Assembly: GCA_045540635.1 (NCBI GenBank)
Contig: JAZQHO010000213.1
Coordinates: 10,737-74,736 of the forward strand
Direction: 5' to 3'
Source: Candidatus Limiplasma sp.
GTDB lineage: Bacteria; Bacillota; Clostridia; Christensenellales; Aristaeellaceae
Length of the DNA stretch: 64,000 bases
In this document: piece after piece, positions 17,390 through 25,646 of the stretch
Numbering within the stretch: position 1 is the stretch's first letter
Layout: each line of letters starts with the position of its first letter
The notes under the pieces: generated by a model
Told to the model about the DNA's origin: nothing
Seen by the model: only the letters and a program-made list of their open reading frames with translations
The model's database searches: none
Position numbers and translations under genes: made by a program

Positions 17390-19423
17390 ATGACCCCCTG
17401 GGAAACCATCATTGACGAACTGTTTTTTGCCGGGCGCAGAAGAGTAACTGCCGAAACCGCCGAGAAGCCTGTCACTGCGGAAGCTCCTGCCGTGGAAGCT
17501 CCTGCCGCCAAGGAGGCCGCTCCTGCGGTAAAAGCCGCCCCCAAGCCCATGAGCCTGTGGGATTCTGTGGTGGATGAGATCTTCTTCGGCGGACGGGAGA
17601 CGGCTGCGCTGGCTGCTGCTATGGCTGCAGAAGAACCCGCTGCAGCAGAGGAAGTTGCAGAAGTCGAGCCCACTATCGAAACAACAGAGGAGACCCCTGC
17701 CGAAGCTGCCGCGGAAGCTCCTGCCGCCAAGGAAGCCGCTCCTGCGGTAAAAGCCGCCCCCAAGCCCATGAGCCTGTGGGATTCTGTGGTGGATGAGATC
17801 TTCTTCGGTGGGCGGGAGACGGCTGCGCTGGCTGCTGCTATGGCTGCGGAAGAACCCGCTGCAGCAGAGGAAGTTGCAGAAGTCGAGCCCATGATCGAGA
17901 CGGCAGAAGAGAGCTCTGCCAATGCCGCTGTGGACACCGCCGCCAATGAAAACGGCGAGCCCTCCCCCGCTGCCCCGGAAGCTTTCGATTTCAGTGCTGC
18001 TGAAGAGACGATGATGGCACTGCAGCAGAAGCTGAAGGAGTTGAAGATCCCCATGGTGATCGTTCTGGAAGGCTGGCAGGCCTCCGGCAAGGGCACCATC
18101 GCCGGGGAGCTGCTGGAAGGGTTGGATCCCCGCGGATACGATGTATGCGTTCGTGAGCGCTTCCCCGAAGAGGAAAACTGCTACCCGGCGCTGCACCGCT
18201 ACTGGATCCATATGCCCAGGCAGGGCAAGATCTCGCTGTTTATCGGCAGCTGGTACCATGATCTATGCGCCATGCTGGTAAAGGGCAAGCATCCCCGCCG
18301 GGCTGCCCGCCGGCAGGAGCAGATCCGCATGATGGAGCAGATGCTCCTGCGGGACGGTGCTGTGATCGAGAAATTTTTCCTTGATGTACCTGCCAAAGTG
18401 CAGAAAAAGCGCCTGAAGGAGATGGACAGCCGCAAGGCGACCCGCAGCACGCTTACCAAGGCAGACTGGGCACAGAACCGCCATTACGACCGTTGGCAGC
18501 AGGCATACCGCAGGCTGCTGGAGGAGACCAACCTGCCCGGCAGCGAATGGCATCTGCTGAACGGTGAGGATAAAAAGGCCTGCAAGCGGGCACTGTACGA
18601 GACCCTGATCTCCTCTATGGAAAAGGCTATCGCGCAGCGGCAGGCAGGCGACCGCAGCTGGGATACCGAGACCATTACCGACCATGACCCCATCCCCACG
18701 GAGCCTATCCCGGAGCTGGAGCTGTATGAAACAGAATTGGTGCTGGATCGGGAATACAAGGCTGCTCTCAGCGCATTGCAAAAGAAGCTGCACAAGCTGC
18801 AATATGAGCTGTACAGCCGGGGCATTCCGGTCGTGATCGCCTTTGAGGGCTGGGATGCAGCAGGCAAGGGCGGCAGCATCCGCCGTCTGACCAGCGGTCT
18901 GGATCCTCGCGGCTTTGCGGTGATACCCGTGGCCTCCCCCACCGCTGAGGAGAAGGAGCACCATCACCTGTGGCGCTTCTGGAAAGACCTGCCCAAGAAC
19001 GGTGATATCCGCATTTTCGACCGCACCTGGTACGGCCGGGTGATGGTGGAGCGGCTGGAGGGCTTCTGCACCGAAGCCCAGTGGAAGCGCAGCTACGAGG
19101 AAATGAATCTGTTTGAGCAGGAGCTGACCGATGCGGGCGCTGTGGTATGCAAGTTCTGGCTGCACATCAGCCCCGATGAGCAGCTGAAGCGCTTCAACAG
19201 CCGCGCCTCCAATCCGGATAAGCAGTGGAAGATCACAGACGAGGACTGGCGCAACCGCGAAAAGTGGTCTCTCTATGAGGAAGCCGTCAACGACATGCTC
19301 CAGAAAACCAATACCGCCTATGCGCCATGGACTGTGGTGGAAGCAGACAGCAAGCACTTTGCCCGCGTTAAGGTGCTGGAGACTGTTGTGGCTGCCATTG
19401 AAAAGCGGCTGAAAGCGGAATGA
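17390..19423 (+). CDS. Two-domain polyphosphate kinase 2 (PPK2; polyphosphate:AMP/nucleotide phosphotransferase-like) with a ~200-aa N-terminal extension
   Basis: Two PPK2 modules (VLEGWQASGKGT...; AFEGWDAAGKGG...DRTWYGRVMVERLEG). The ATG at 17390 is preceded by AAGGAGG. The N-terminus is A/E/P-rich and carries three W-x3-DE-x-FF-x-GR motifs. Confidence 0.85.
   Translation: MTPWETIIDELFFAGRRRVTAETAEKPVTAEAPAVEAPAAKEAAPAVKAAPKPMSLWDSVVDEIFFGGRETAALAAAMAAEEPAAAEEVAEVEPTIETTEETPAEAAAEAPAAKEAAPAVKAAPKPMSLWDSVVDEIFFGGRETAALAAAMAAEEPAAAEEVAEVEPMIETAEESSANAAVDTAANENGEPSPAAPEAFDFSAAEETMMALQQKLKELKIPMVIVLEGWQASGKGTIAGELLEGLDPRGYDVCVRERFPEEENCYPALHRYWIHMPRQGKISLFIGSWYHDLCAMLVKGKHPRRAARRQEQIRMMEQMLLRDGAVIEKFFLDVPAKVQKKRLKEMDSRKATRSTLTKADWAQNRHYDRWQQAYRRLLEETNLPGSEWHLLNGEDKKACKRALYETLISSMEKAIAQRQAGDRSWDTETITDHDPIPTEPIPELELYETELVLDREYKAALSALQKKLHKLQYELYSRGIPVVIAFEGWDAAGKGGSIRRLTSGLDPRGFAVIPVASPTAEEKEHHHLWRFWKDLPKNGDIRIFDRTWYGRVMVERLEGFCTEAQWKRSYEEMNLFEQELTDAGAVVCKFWLHISPDEQLKRFNSRASNPDKQWKITDEDWRNREKWSLYEEAVNDMLQKTNTAYAPWTVVEADSKHFARVKVLETVVAAIEKRLKAE
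17495..17895 (+). repeat. Near-perfect 219-bp (73-codon) tandem duplication inside the PPK2 N-terminal extension
   Basis: Copy 1 starts at 17495 and copy 2 at 17714. They are about 97% identical over the first ~181 nt (4-5 substitutions), and the copies diverge after GTCGAGCCC. Confidence 0.85.
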
Positions 19424-19442
19424 TCATCGTAAGCCGGTTGCC

Positions 19443-19471
19443 TTGCCTTTTCCGGTGCTTTGTGCTATGAT
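19443..19471 (+). promoter_or_regulatory. Putative extended -10 promoter upstream of the pnuC leader
   Basis: TTGCCT - 17 nt - TATGAT, with TGc immediately 5' of the -10. Confidence 0.4.
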
Positions 19472-19503
19472 GACTGCACTGCCACCGGGTAGGAATGCAA
19501 CAA

Positions 19504-19558
19504 GCATTCGTACACGCATCGTTAGGTCTTTGAAGATGCGTGTGCGGATGCTTTTTTA
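19504..19558 (+). terminator. Intrinsic terminator (end of the ppk2 operon and/or pnuC attenuator)
   Basis: 17-bp stem GCATTCGTACACGCATC / GATGCGTGTGCGGATGC (two G-U pairs), a 14-nt loop and T6. The GGAGG of pnuC starts 3 nt later. Confidence 0.7.
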
Positions 19559-19574
19559 TTGGAGGTACGGCGTT

Positions 19575-20285
19575 ATGAGATCCGGCTATTTTACCACCGG
19601 CGAAAAGCTTCTGTGGGGTATATCTGTTGCGGCAGTGCTGCTGTCGTTTCTGCTGTTCGGGGGTGGCGGCTGGCTTACGCTGGCAGCCTCGCTGATCGGT
19701 GTTACCTCGCTGATCTACAACGCCAAGGGCAATCCCTTCGGGCAGCTGCTGATGGTGCTCTTCAGCCTGATGTACGGAGTCATTTCGTGGCAGGAGCGCT
19801 ACTACGGAGAAATGATCACCTATCTGGGCATGACCATGCCCATGGCGGTATTTGCGCTTGTTTCATGGCTGCGGCATCCCTTTGAGGGCAAGCGCTCCGA
19901 AGTGACGGTCAACCGCATCGCCCGGGGCGAGTGGCTGCTTTTGGGCGCACTGACCCTTCTGGTAACACTGCTGTTTTTTTGGATCCTGCGATCTTTCAAT
20001 ACACAGCAGCTGTTTTTCAGCACCCTGTCGGTGACAACCAGCTTTCTGGCGGTGTACCTGACGTGGCGGCGCAGCCCGCTCTTTGCGTTGGCCTATGCCG
20101 CAAACGATGTGGTGCTGATCATTCTCTGGTGTCTGGCAGCGGTGCAGGATTGCTCCTGCCTGTCGGTGGTGGTTTGCTTTGTGGCTTTCCTTGCCAACGA
20201 TATTTATGGCTACCTGAGCTGGCGGCGCATGGCACACCGGCAGGCAGCCCTGCGGGACGATCTGACCGTATGGCCAGATCGCTGA
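19575..20285 (+). CDS. pnuC: Nicotinamide riboside transporter PnuC family
   Basis: Multi-TM protein with PnuC blocks LIYNAKGNPFGQLLMVLFSLMYGVISWQ and FALVSWLRHP. The ATG at 19575 follows GGAGG. Confidence 0.8.
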   Translation: MRSGYFTTGEKLLWGISVAAVLLSFLLFGGGGWLTLAASLIGVTSLIYNAKGNPFGQLLMVLFSLMYGVISWQERYYGEMITYLGMTMPMAVFALVSWLRHPFEGKRSEVTVNRIARGEWLLLGALTLLVTLLFFWILRSFNTQQLFFSTLSVTTSFLAVYLTWRRSPLFALAYAANDVVLIILWCLAAVQDCSCLSVVVCFVAFLANDIYGYLSWRRMAHRQAALRDDLTVWPDR

Positions 20286-20294
20286 ACCCCAAAA

Positions 20295-20327
20295 GAAGCG
20301 GTTGCAGACTTGCTCTGCAACCGCTTC
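20295..20327. terminator. Bidirectional terminator between convergent pnuC and the M48 gene
   Basis: 13-bp perfect stem GAAGCGGTTGCAG / CTGCAACCGCTTC, flanked by AAAA on the 5' side and a T-rich tract on the 3' side. Confidence 0.7.
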
Positions 20328-20341
20328 ATAAATCGTTCTTT

Positions 20342-21019
20342 TCAGCCCTCTCTGAGCAGCGTCAGATAACCGCTGAGCTGCTTCAGTGCCGCACGGCGCT
20401 GCTTTGCATCCGGCAGATAACGCTGGGTATGGGCATGGAAATCCGGGGAATGGTTCATATGCCGCATGTGGGACAGCTCATGCACGATCACATAATCGAT
20501 AAGCGAAGGTGGGCAGTGCATCAGCGCCACATTCAAGCGTAGGGAGCCATCGGTTTTCATGCTGCCCCACCGGGTTCTGGGGTTGGCAAGGGTCAGCGTG
20601 GAGGGCTTCAGCTGCATGATCTCCGCCCAGTATGCGACCCGCTGCGGCAGGTAGCTCTCTGCCTGCCGTGCCAGCCAACGAAGGGCATGCCGCCTCGGCT
20701 CTCCACTTTGCGGCAGAAACAGGATGCCGTCTTTTTCCACAGGGGTGCGCACCTTGTCTGTTTGCAGGCGCAGGTTCCCGCCCAGATAGGGCAGGCTGCC
20801 CCCAACCGCAAATGCCGGTACCGCATCCCGCTTTTCCTGCTGGCGCTGCACCGCCTGACGGATCCACGCCTGCTTTTGCTCCACAAAACTGCGTATTTCC
20901 GCTTCCGGCGTTTTCAGCGGCGCACGAACAGTCACTGCTCCGTCTCTGCCAACAGTGATAGAAATGGTGCGCCGGTCAGAGCGCACCATTTGATAATCGC
21001 AGATCTTATTCTCAATCAT
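20342..21019 (-). CDS. M48/YgjP-like (DUF45) zinc metallopeptidase-fold protein
   Basis: HExxH motif in VIVHELSHMRHMNHSPDF. Size and layout are typical of the YgjP family. Confidence 0.75.
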   Translation of the reverse strand: MIENKICDYQMVRSDRRTISITVGRDGAVTVRAPLKTPEAEIRSFVEQKQAWIRQAVQRQQEKRDAVPAFAVGGSLPYLGGNLRLQTDKVRTPVEKDGILFLPQSGEPRRHALRWLARQAESYLPQRVAYWAEIMQLKPSTLTLANPRTRWGSMKTDGSLRLNVALMHCPPSLIDYVIVHELSHMRHMNHSPDFHAHTQRYLPDAKQRRAALKQLSGYLTLLREG

Positions 21020-21815
21020 AATTCATACCCGGATAGAAGCAGATGCGACGCACAGGGCCGGCCTTGCAGCTACGGGCAAGCGCCATCTGCGGAGCATTGC
21101 GGCGCATCACTTCCGCTTCCACGTTGGTAACACCCCGGCTGGCAAGGATCTGCATACCGGTGGCGATAAGGCTCTTGGCGAGACCAAGCCTGCGGTAGTT
21201 GGGCACAACATACAGACCGATCAGCTGCGCATTGGGGCCGTGACCGGTAAAGGCGATCTCGCCTACGATCTCGCTGCCGCGCCGCATGTAGATGGCGAAG
21301 AAATGCGGCAGGCTCATGTAGCGCTGCATCATAGCAGGATTGATGGCATTGAGCCGATAGGTGTTCATCCGGTCGATGAAGCCCGTCAGCTCCGCTTGAT
21401 TGTTGATGGGTACATAGTTCATATCGTAGCCCATGGGAGCAGCGGCACGGGCATCGGGCATGCTGAGCCGGAACACATCCAGTGCATCATCGGAAACAAA
21501 GCCGTTCTCAAGGTAGAAAGCCATCCCCTGCGCATCCTGCGGGCCGACCTGCGTATACACACGCACAGGCATATTGGCACACTGCTCGCGCATCTGGCGC
21601 ACGCGCGCCAGCAGCGCACCCATCAGCATGTCTTTGCCCGGACCCTGCGAGCGGATGCTCAAGTACAGGTTTACAGGGCGCTCCGGGAACAGCTGGGGCC
21701 GGAAAAGGGGAATAATAAAGCCTTCTGCAACAGTCTGATTGGCACTGTCGGCAATATAGAACACATTCTCCGTCGGCAGGCCGTATACCGATTGCGGCGG
21801 GTGAAAAATATGCAT
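21012..21815 (-). CDS. GNAT family acetyltransferase (two GNAT-like halves)
   Basis: C-terminal acetyl-CoA motif VVPNYRRLGLAKSLIATGMQ. Overlaps the M48 gene by 8 nt. Confidence 0.65.
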   Translation of the reverse strand: MHIFHPPQSVYGLPTENVFYIADSANQTVAEGFIIPLFRPQLFPERPVNLYLSIRSQGPGKDMLMGALLARVRQMREQCANMPVRVYTQVGPQDAQGMAFYLENGFVSDDALDVFRLSMPDARAAAPMGYDMNYVPINNQAELTGFIDRMNTYRLNAINPAMMQRYMSLPHFFAIYMRRGSEIVGEIAFTGHGPNAQLIGLYVVPNYRRLGLAKSLIATGMQILASRGVTNVEAEVMRRNAPQMALARSCKAGPVRRICFYPGMNYD

Positions 21816-21964
21816 CAGTGCAGCTCTCCTTTCGGGCAGATGCTTTCACAATGGGTATTGTACCGCAATTCGTCAAGATATGCAAGCAGCAGGCAGGGAC
21901 AGCGGCACATTTTCGGAAGGTTTTGCCATCTGTTTACACGTATGTACCCGTTTCTTCCGGGCAT

Positions 21965-22000
21965 ACAAACAGCCCCTGTCCCCCTTGCGGGGAACAGGGG
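21965..22000 (-). terminator. Probable terminator of the TasA-like gene
   Basis: Minus strand reads CCCCTGTTCCCCGCAAGGGGGACAGGGG followed by CTGTTTGT. Confidence 0.5.
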
Positions 22001-22055
22001 CCGGGGTCTTATCCGCTACGCACGGGAGCCGTTACGGCTCGTGCGGGGTGTAAGA

Positions 22056-23438
22056 TCAGTATACGTCGGTGCCGTTTACAACAACGTTCAGCTTGTCGGA
22101 GCCCATGCTGTTCTTGTTGGACCACAGGGTGGTGCCGGTAACAATGCCGTTGGGGTTCTCAGCAAAGCCGTTCACGTCAACGTTGGTCAGCTTCAGCTCG
22201 TAGGTCTTGCCGTAGTCGTTGCCGATCTCAACAGCAGTTTTCTTTTGTTCAAGAGCATCGCTGTCGTTGAACACGCTGTTGCTGATGGACAGCTTGGTGT
22301 TGGCGGTGCCGTAAAGCAGCACAGCCTTGCCATCGCAGTTGAAGGTGCAGTGATCCATGGTCACGCTGGGAGCGCCCCAAGTCCACAGGTTGTACTTATC
22401 GCCGGTGATATCGAAGGTGCAGTAATCGAACTTGGAAGTGCCATAGCAGGTGTACTGACCCTTGAAGACGCAATCCTTATAGGTACCGTTCAGACGGCCA
22501 TAGCCGGGGTAGGTGCCGGTATTCTTGGAAGAATCGAAGGTGATGCCGTAGAACTCAACGGTAGCGCCGTCGAAGTCGTAATCAACACCATCCTCGCCCT
22601 CGTTGGTGTAATACAGAACCACATTCTTGGACTCACCGTAAAGCTTGAGCGTCCTGCCGTTCAGGGCATTCATGTTGGCGTTGTACTCACCATCGGCCAG
22701 CAGGATCTCGGTGGCGCCATTCTTCACAGCAGCTTCCAGCTCAGCAGGCGTGGTAACACGGGTGATACCGGCGGGAGCTTCAAAGGTCACATTGTCGTTA
22801 TCGCCATTGGTGCTCTCGGTGGGGATGGTCTCATCCTCCCACTGAGCGTGGTAGGCTTCGTAGGCTTCTCCAACAGTGTAGAAGCCCTCGGTCTGCACGG
22901 CGTAACCGGAGACGATCACATCCAGTTCGGACAGGTCCTCGCCGATGGGGGTAGCAACGCCGTTCTCAACAACAACGAACTCACCGTTCTGGTAGTCTAC
23001 AGCGCCGGACAGGGTAACGGAATCCAGCAGCTTGCCGGTTTCTTCGCCGGCAGCCAGAGCCTCGTCTACATACACGGTGTAGACCATGTACTCGTTGCCG
23101 TCGTCGCCGATCATCTTATCGGGTTCGTCGTCGGGCTGCACGCCGTCGGCCCAGTTCAGCTGCAGGTAGGGATCCACATTGGCAGGCACAGCCACGGTCA
23201 TCCACACCCAGGCGGAGGTAGCGCCGGTGTTGATGATCTGCGCATCCTTGTTAACGGTAGCGCCGGGGGCCAGCGGACTGTTCTGCTCGAAGTTTTCATC
23301 CACGATGATGTCCACATTGCCCACGGTGAAGGTGTTCACCTTGGTGTCGGTATCGGTCAGGTAAGCGAGGGTGCTGCCCAGACCAACCACCAGCGTAACC
23401 ACGATGCACAGGCACAGGAGAAGGGTTTTCTTGCTCAT
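22056..23438 (-). CDS. Exported protein: SipW-type signal peptide plus TasA/camelysin-like N-domain fused to a right-handed beta-helix-like C-domain
   Basis: MSKKTLLLCLCIVVTLVVGLGSTLAYLTDTDTKVNTFTVGNVDI is the classic TasA/CalY N-terminus. The C-terminal half has repetitive CTF/NSVF/beta-helix-like turns (DHCTFNCDG, ISNSVFND). Confidence 0.65.
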   Translation of the reverse strand: MSKKTLLLCLCIVVTLVVGLGSTLAYLTDTDTKVNTFTVGNVDIIVDENFEQNSPLAPGATVNKDAQIINTGATSAWVWMTVAVPANVDPYLQLNWADGVQPDDEPDKMIGDDGNEYMVYTVYVDEALAAGEETGKLLDSVTLSGAVDYQNGEFVVVENGVATPIGEDLSELDVIVSGYAVQTEGFYTVGEAYEAYHAQWEDETIPTESTNGDNDNVTFEAPAGITRVTTPAELEAAVKNGATEILLADGEYNANMNALNGRTLKLYGESKNVVLYYTNEGEDGVDYDFDGATVEFYGITFDSSKNTGTYPGYGRLNGTYKDCVFKGQYTCYGTSKFDYCTFDITGDKYNLWTWGAPSVTMDHCTFNCDGKAVLLYGTANTKLSISNSVFNDSDALEQKKTAVEIGNDYGKTYELKLTNVDVNGFAENPNGIVTGTTLWSNKNSMGSDKLNVVVNGTDVY

Positions 23439-23628
23439 GGGTTTCAGGTCCTTTCTGAAATATTCTTTGACCAATCGCAGTAAAACCGTCCCGCCGCAGC
23501 CGGTGTACGGCTCTGGGGCGTGCGTTCCCGTGCATGGTCATATTCAAACGCCGGAGCGTCTGAATGCAGTTTTGATAGAGCGCAATGCACTTATCTATGT
23601 ATAGTACATCGCAGCTGTCCGTTTACCA

Positions 23629-23657
23629 ATTATATACAAAGCAGCAGCAAATTGCAA
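23629..23657 (-). promoter_or_regulatory. Putative promoter of the TasA-like gene (implies a ~180-nt 5' UTR)
   Basis: Minus strand: TTGCAA - 17 nt - TATAAT. Confidence 0.5.
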
Positions 23658-23797
23658 TAGGCAGCGTTATTTATTCCTTGTAATTTTTTTCCCGTCGTGC
23701 GGCTGCATTTGCTCTGTGCACCGCCGGGGGCCGCACAGCAAAGCCCCGCCCTCTGCACACTTGGCAGAAAGCGGGGCTGTATGGCAAAAAGACAGGC

Positions 23798-24685
23798 TCA
23801 GGCTTCTTCCTTCTGGATGCGGCTCAGCGCCCATGCTGCGGCGGCACCAAGCAGGAACGCGGCAGCGTAGATCATCAGATCGCTCAGGCCGGTGGCAAAG
23901 GTATAGCCCGGCTCGATGAGCACCTTCACCGGCGGCAGAATGACGATGGTGGAGGCGATGACGATGCCGATGACCGCATGCATAAAGATGCTGTACTGCT
24001 TCTTGAGGCAGTAGTCGATGCCTTTGGACAGCGCCAGCACCGTTGCCAGCAGAGCAATGCCCATGGGCAGGATCACGCTGAGATCCAGATCGCCGATGGC
24101 GGCATACATGGGGGCCTGCAGCCCAAAGAAGAAGATGATGTTGGAGGGGCTCATGCCGGGCACCACGATGCCAAGGCCCCACAGCACGCCGCAGATGATC
24201 CACCACAGAAGGGAGGGCTGCACATTGGTGTTGCCCTTGAGAGACATGGGGATCATCCATGCCAGCATGGCGAACAGTGCAATGACCAGCGACGCATGGC
24301 TGCCTTTGGTAACGCCCTGCTGGCGTGCCTCCTTGAACAAACCGGGCATGGAGCCAACGATCAGGCCGATGAACAGGAACAGCGCTGCGGCTTCGTTGGC
24401 TTCGAGGAACTTGTCGATCACCTTTGCGCCCAGCAAAACGCCGATCACAAACCCGATGCCAATAAAAATGAAAAACTTCCACTGCTTTTTGATCTCCTGA
24501 AAGGGATGGCAGAGCAGTGCCATGATGCGCTTGTAGATGCCGAGGATGACGCACAGTGCGCCGCCGCTGATGCCCGGCAGCAATGCGCCGATGGAAATGA
24601 GCGCACCCTTCAGGATGCCCAGAAGGCGCTCGCTCCAGCTTTCGTTTGCAGCGTTCTGCGGAACCTGCTTGTTATCATTCTGCAT
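23798..24685 (-). CDS. DUF368 family membrane protein (family implicated in undecaprenyl-phosphate translocation)
   Basis: GALLPGISGGALCVILGIYKRI motif and about 8 TM segments. The ATG at 24685 follows GAGAGG; the track start at 24694 is a GTG. Confidence 0.8.
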   Translation of the reverse strand: MQNDNKQVPQNAANESWSERLLGILKGALISIGALLPGISGGALCVILGIYKRIMALLCHPFQEIKKQWKFFIFIGIGFVIGVLLGAKVIDKFLEANEAAALFLFIGLIVGSMPGLFKEARQQGVTKGSHASLVIALFAMLAWMIPMSLKGNTNVQPSLLWWIICGVLWGLGIVVPGMSPSNIIFFFGLQAPMYAAIGDLDLSVILPMGIALLATVLALSKGIDYCLKKQYSIFMHAVIGIVIASTIVILPPVKVLIEPGYTFATGLSDLMIYAAAFLLGAAAAWALSRIQKEEA

Positions 24686-24776
24686 GGTGTACACCTCTCG
24701 TTGTTACTGGCAGCCAAGGACTGCTTTCGTGGCTATTATACCCAAAGAAGGGCTGCTTGTCCACCGGGGGAGCGCT

Positions 24777-25646
24777 TCAGCCCCGGAGCATGGCGACCCG
24801 GTGCTCCTCCCACAATTCACTGCCCCGCCCCAGTGCCAGCACACGCCGGTAGCCGGTGCGGCACAGCAGCTTCATGGCGGTGTCGAAGCCATAGGACAGA
24901 AATTCGGCGTTGTGGCAGTCCGAAGTGATGGTCACTTCGCCGCCCATCTCCCGCCAAGCGCCCAACAGCTCCGCCGTGGGATAGGGCGCATCCATATAGC
25001 CCCGTGCCATTGCGCCGGTGTTTACCTCCAGCACGCCCACACCCCGGATGCTTTCCAGCGCCTCCAGCGCAAGGCGGCGGTAGGCCGGCGAGTTTTCGTC
25101 AAACAGCTGCGCTTTGACTGCATTTTTGCGGATCAGGTCAAAATGACCGATGATATCCACCTTCCGCTCCCGGAGCCCGGCGCAGAACACATCGTAGTAG
25201 TGCTTTGCCATGGCAAGGCCGTCGCCGTCCATGCAGAGATCCACATATTTGCGCAGCAGCGCAGAGCTGCCGTCGATGGGTACAAACTCCCCATCCAGCA
25301 CAGCGGGCATGCCGTCTGCGCCCCGCACATAATGGCTGGATGAGAGCACATAATCCAGCTGCTTGCGGTGGCGTGCCTTTACCAGCTCCGGCGCAGCCAC
25401 ATCTTCCTCCACGCCCACCCAGAGGCGAAGCTCCTTTTCCTGCATTTGCAGGGTGCGCAGCTCCTCCCCATAGGCAAGCTCCCGCCCGTCATCCATGGCA
25501 TAGCCGGAATCGAACCCCTGCTCGCCATGACCCGAAAAGCCAAGGCTGGTGAAACCCAGCGCCTTGGCTTTTTCGATCATCTCCCGGGCGGTGCTTTTAC
25601 CGTCGCAGTAGGTGGTATGGGTATGTGCGTTGGACAGGAACCTCAT
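24777..25646 (-). CDS. hisJ: Histidinol-phosphatase, PHP/HisJ family
   Basis: MRFLSNAHTHTTYCDGKS and GFSGHGEQ are PHP motifs. Its ATG overlaps the hisIE stop (ATGA). It is the last gene of the his operon. Confidence 0.8.
   Translation of the reverse strand: MRFLSNAHTHTTYCDGKSTAREMIEKAKALGFTSLGFSGHGEQGFDSGYAMDDGRELAYGEELRTLQMQEKELRLWVGVEEDVAAPELVKARHRKQLDYVLSSSHYVRGADGMPAVLDGEFVPIDGSSALLRKYVDLCMDGDGLAMAKHYYDVFCAGLRERKVDIIGHFDLIRKNAVKAQLFDENSPAYRRLALEALESIRGVGVLEVNTGAMARGYMDAPYPTAELLGAWREMGGEVTITSDCHNAEFLSYGFDTAMKLLCRTGYRRVLALGRGSELWEEHRVAMLRG

Noticed and set aside
23439-23625. A c-di-GMP riboswitch in the long leader of the TasA-like gene.
   Set aside because: I could not find the conserved GEMM-I elements (GGCAAACC, ACGCAAAGC) by eye, and I cannot evaluate class II from memory. 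It is kept only as an unexplained long leader inside the TasA-like finding.
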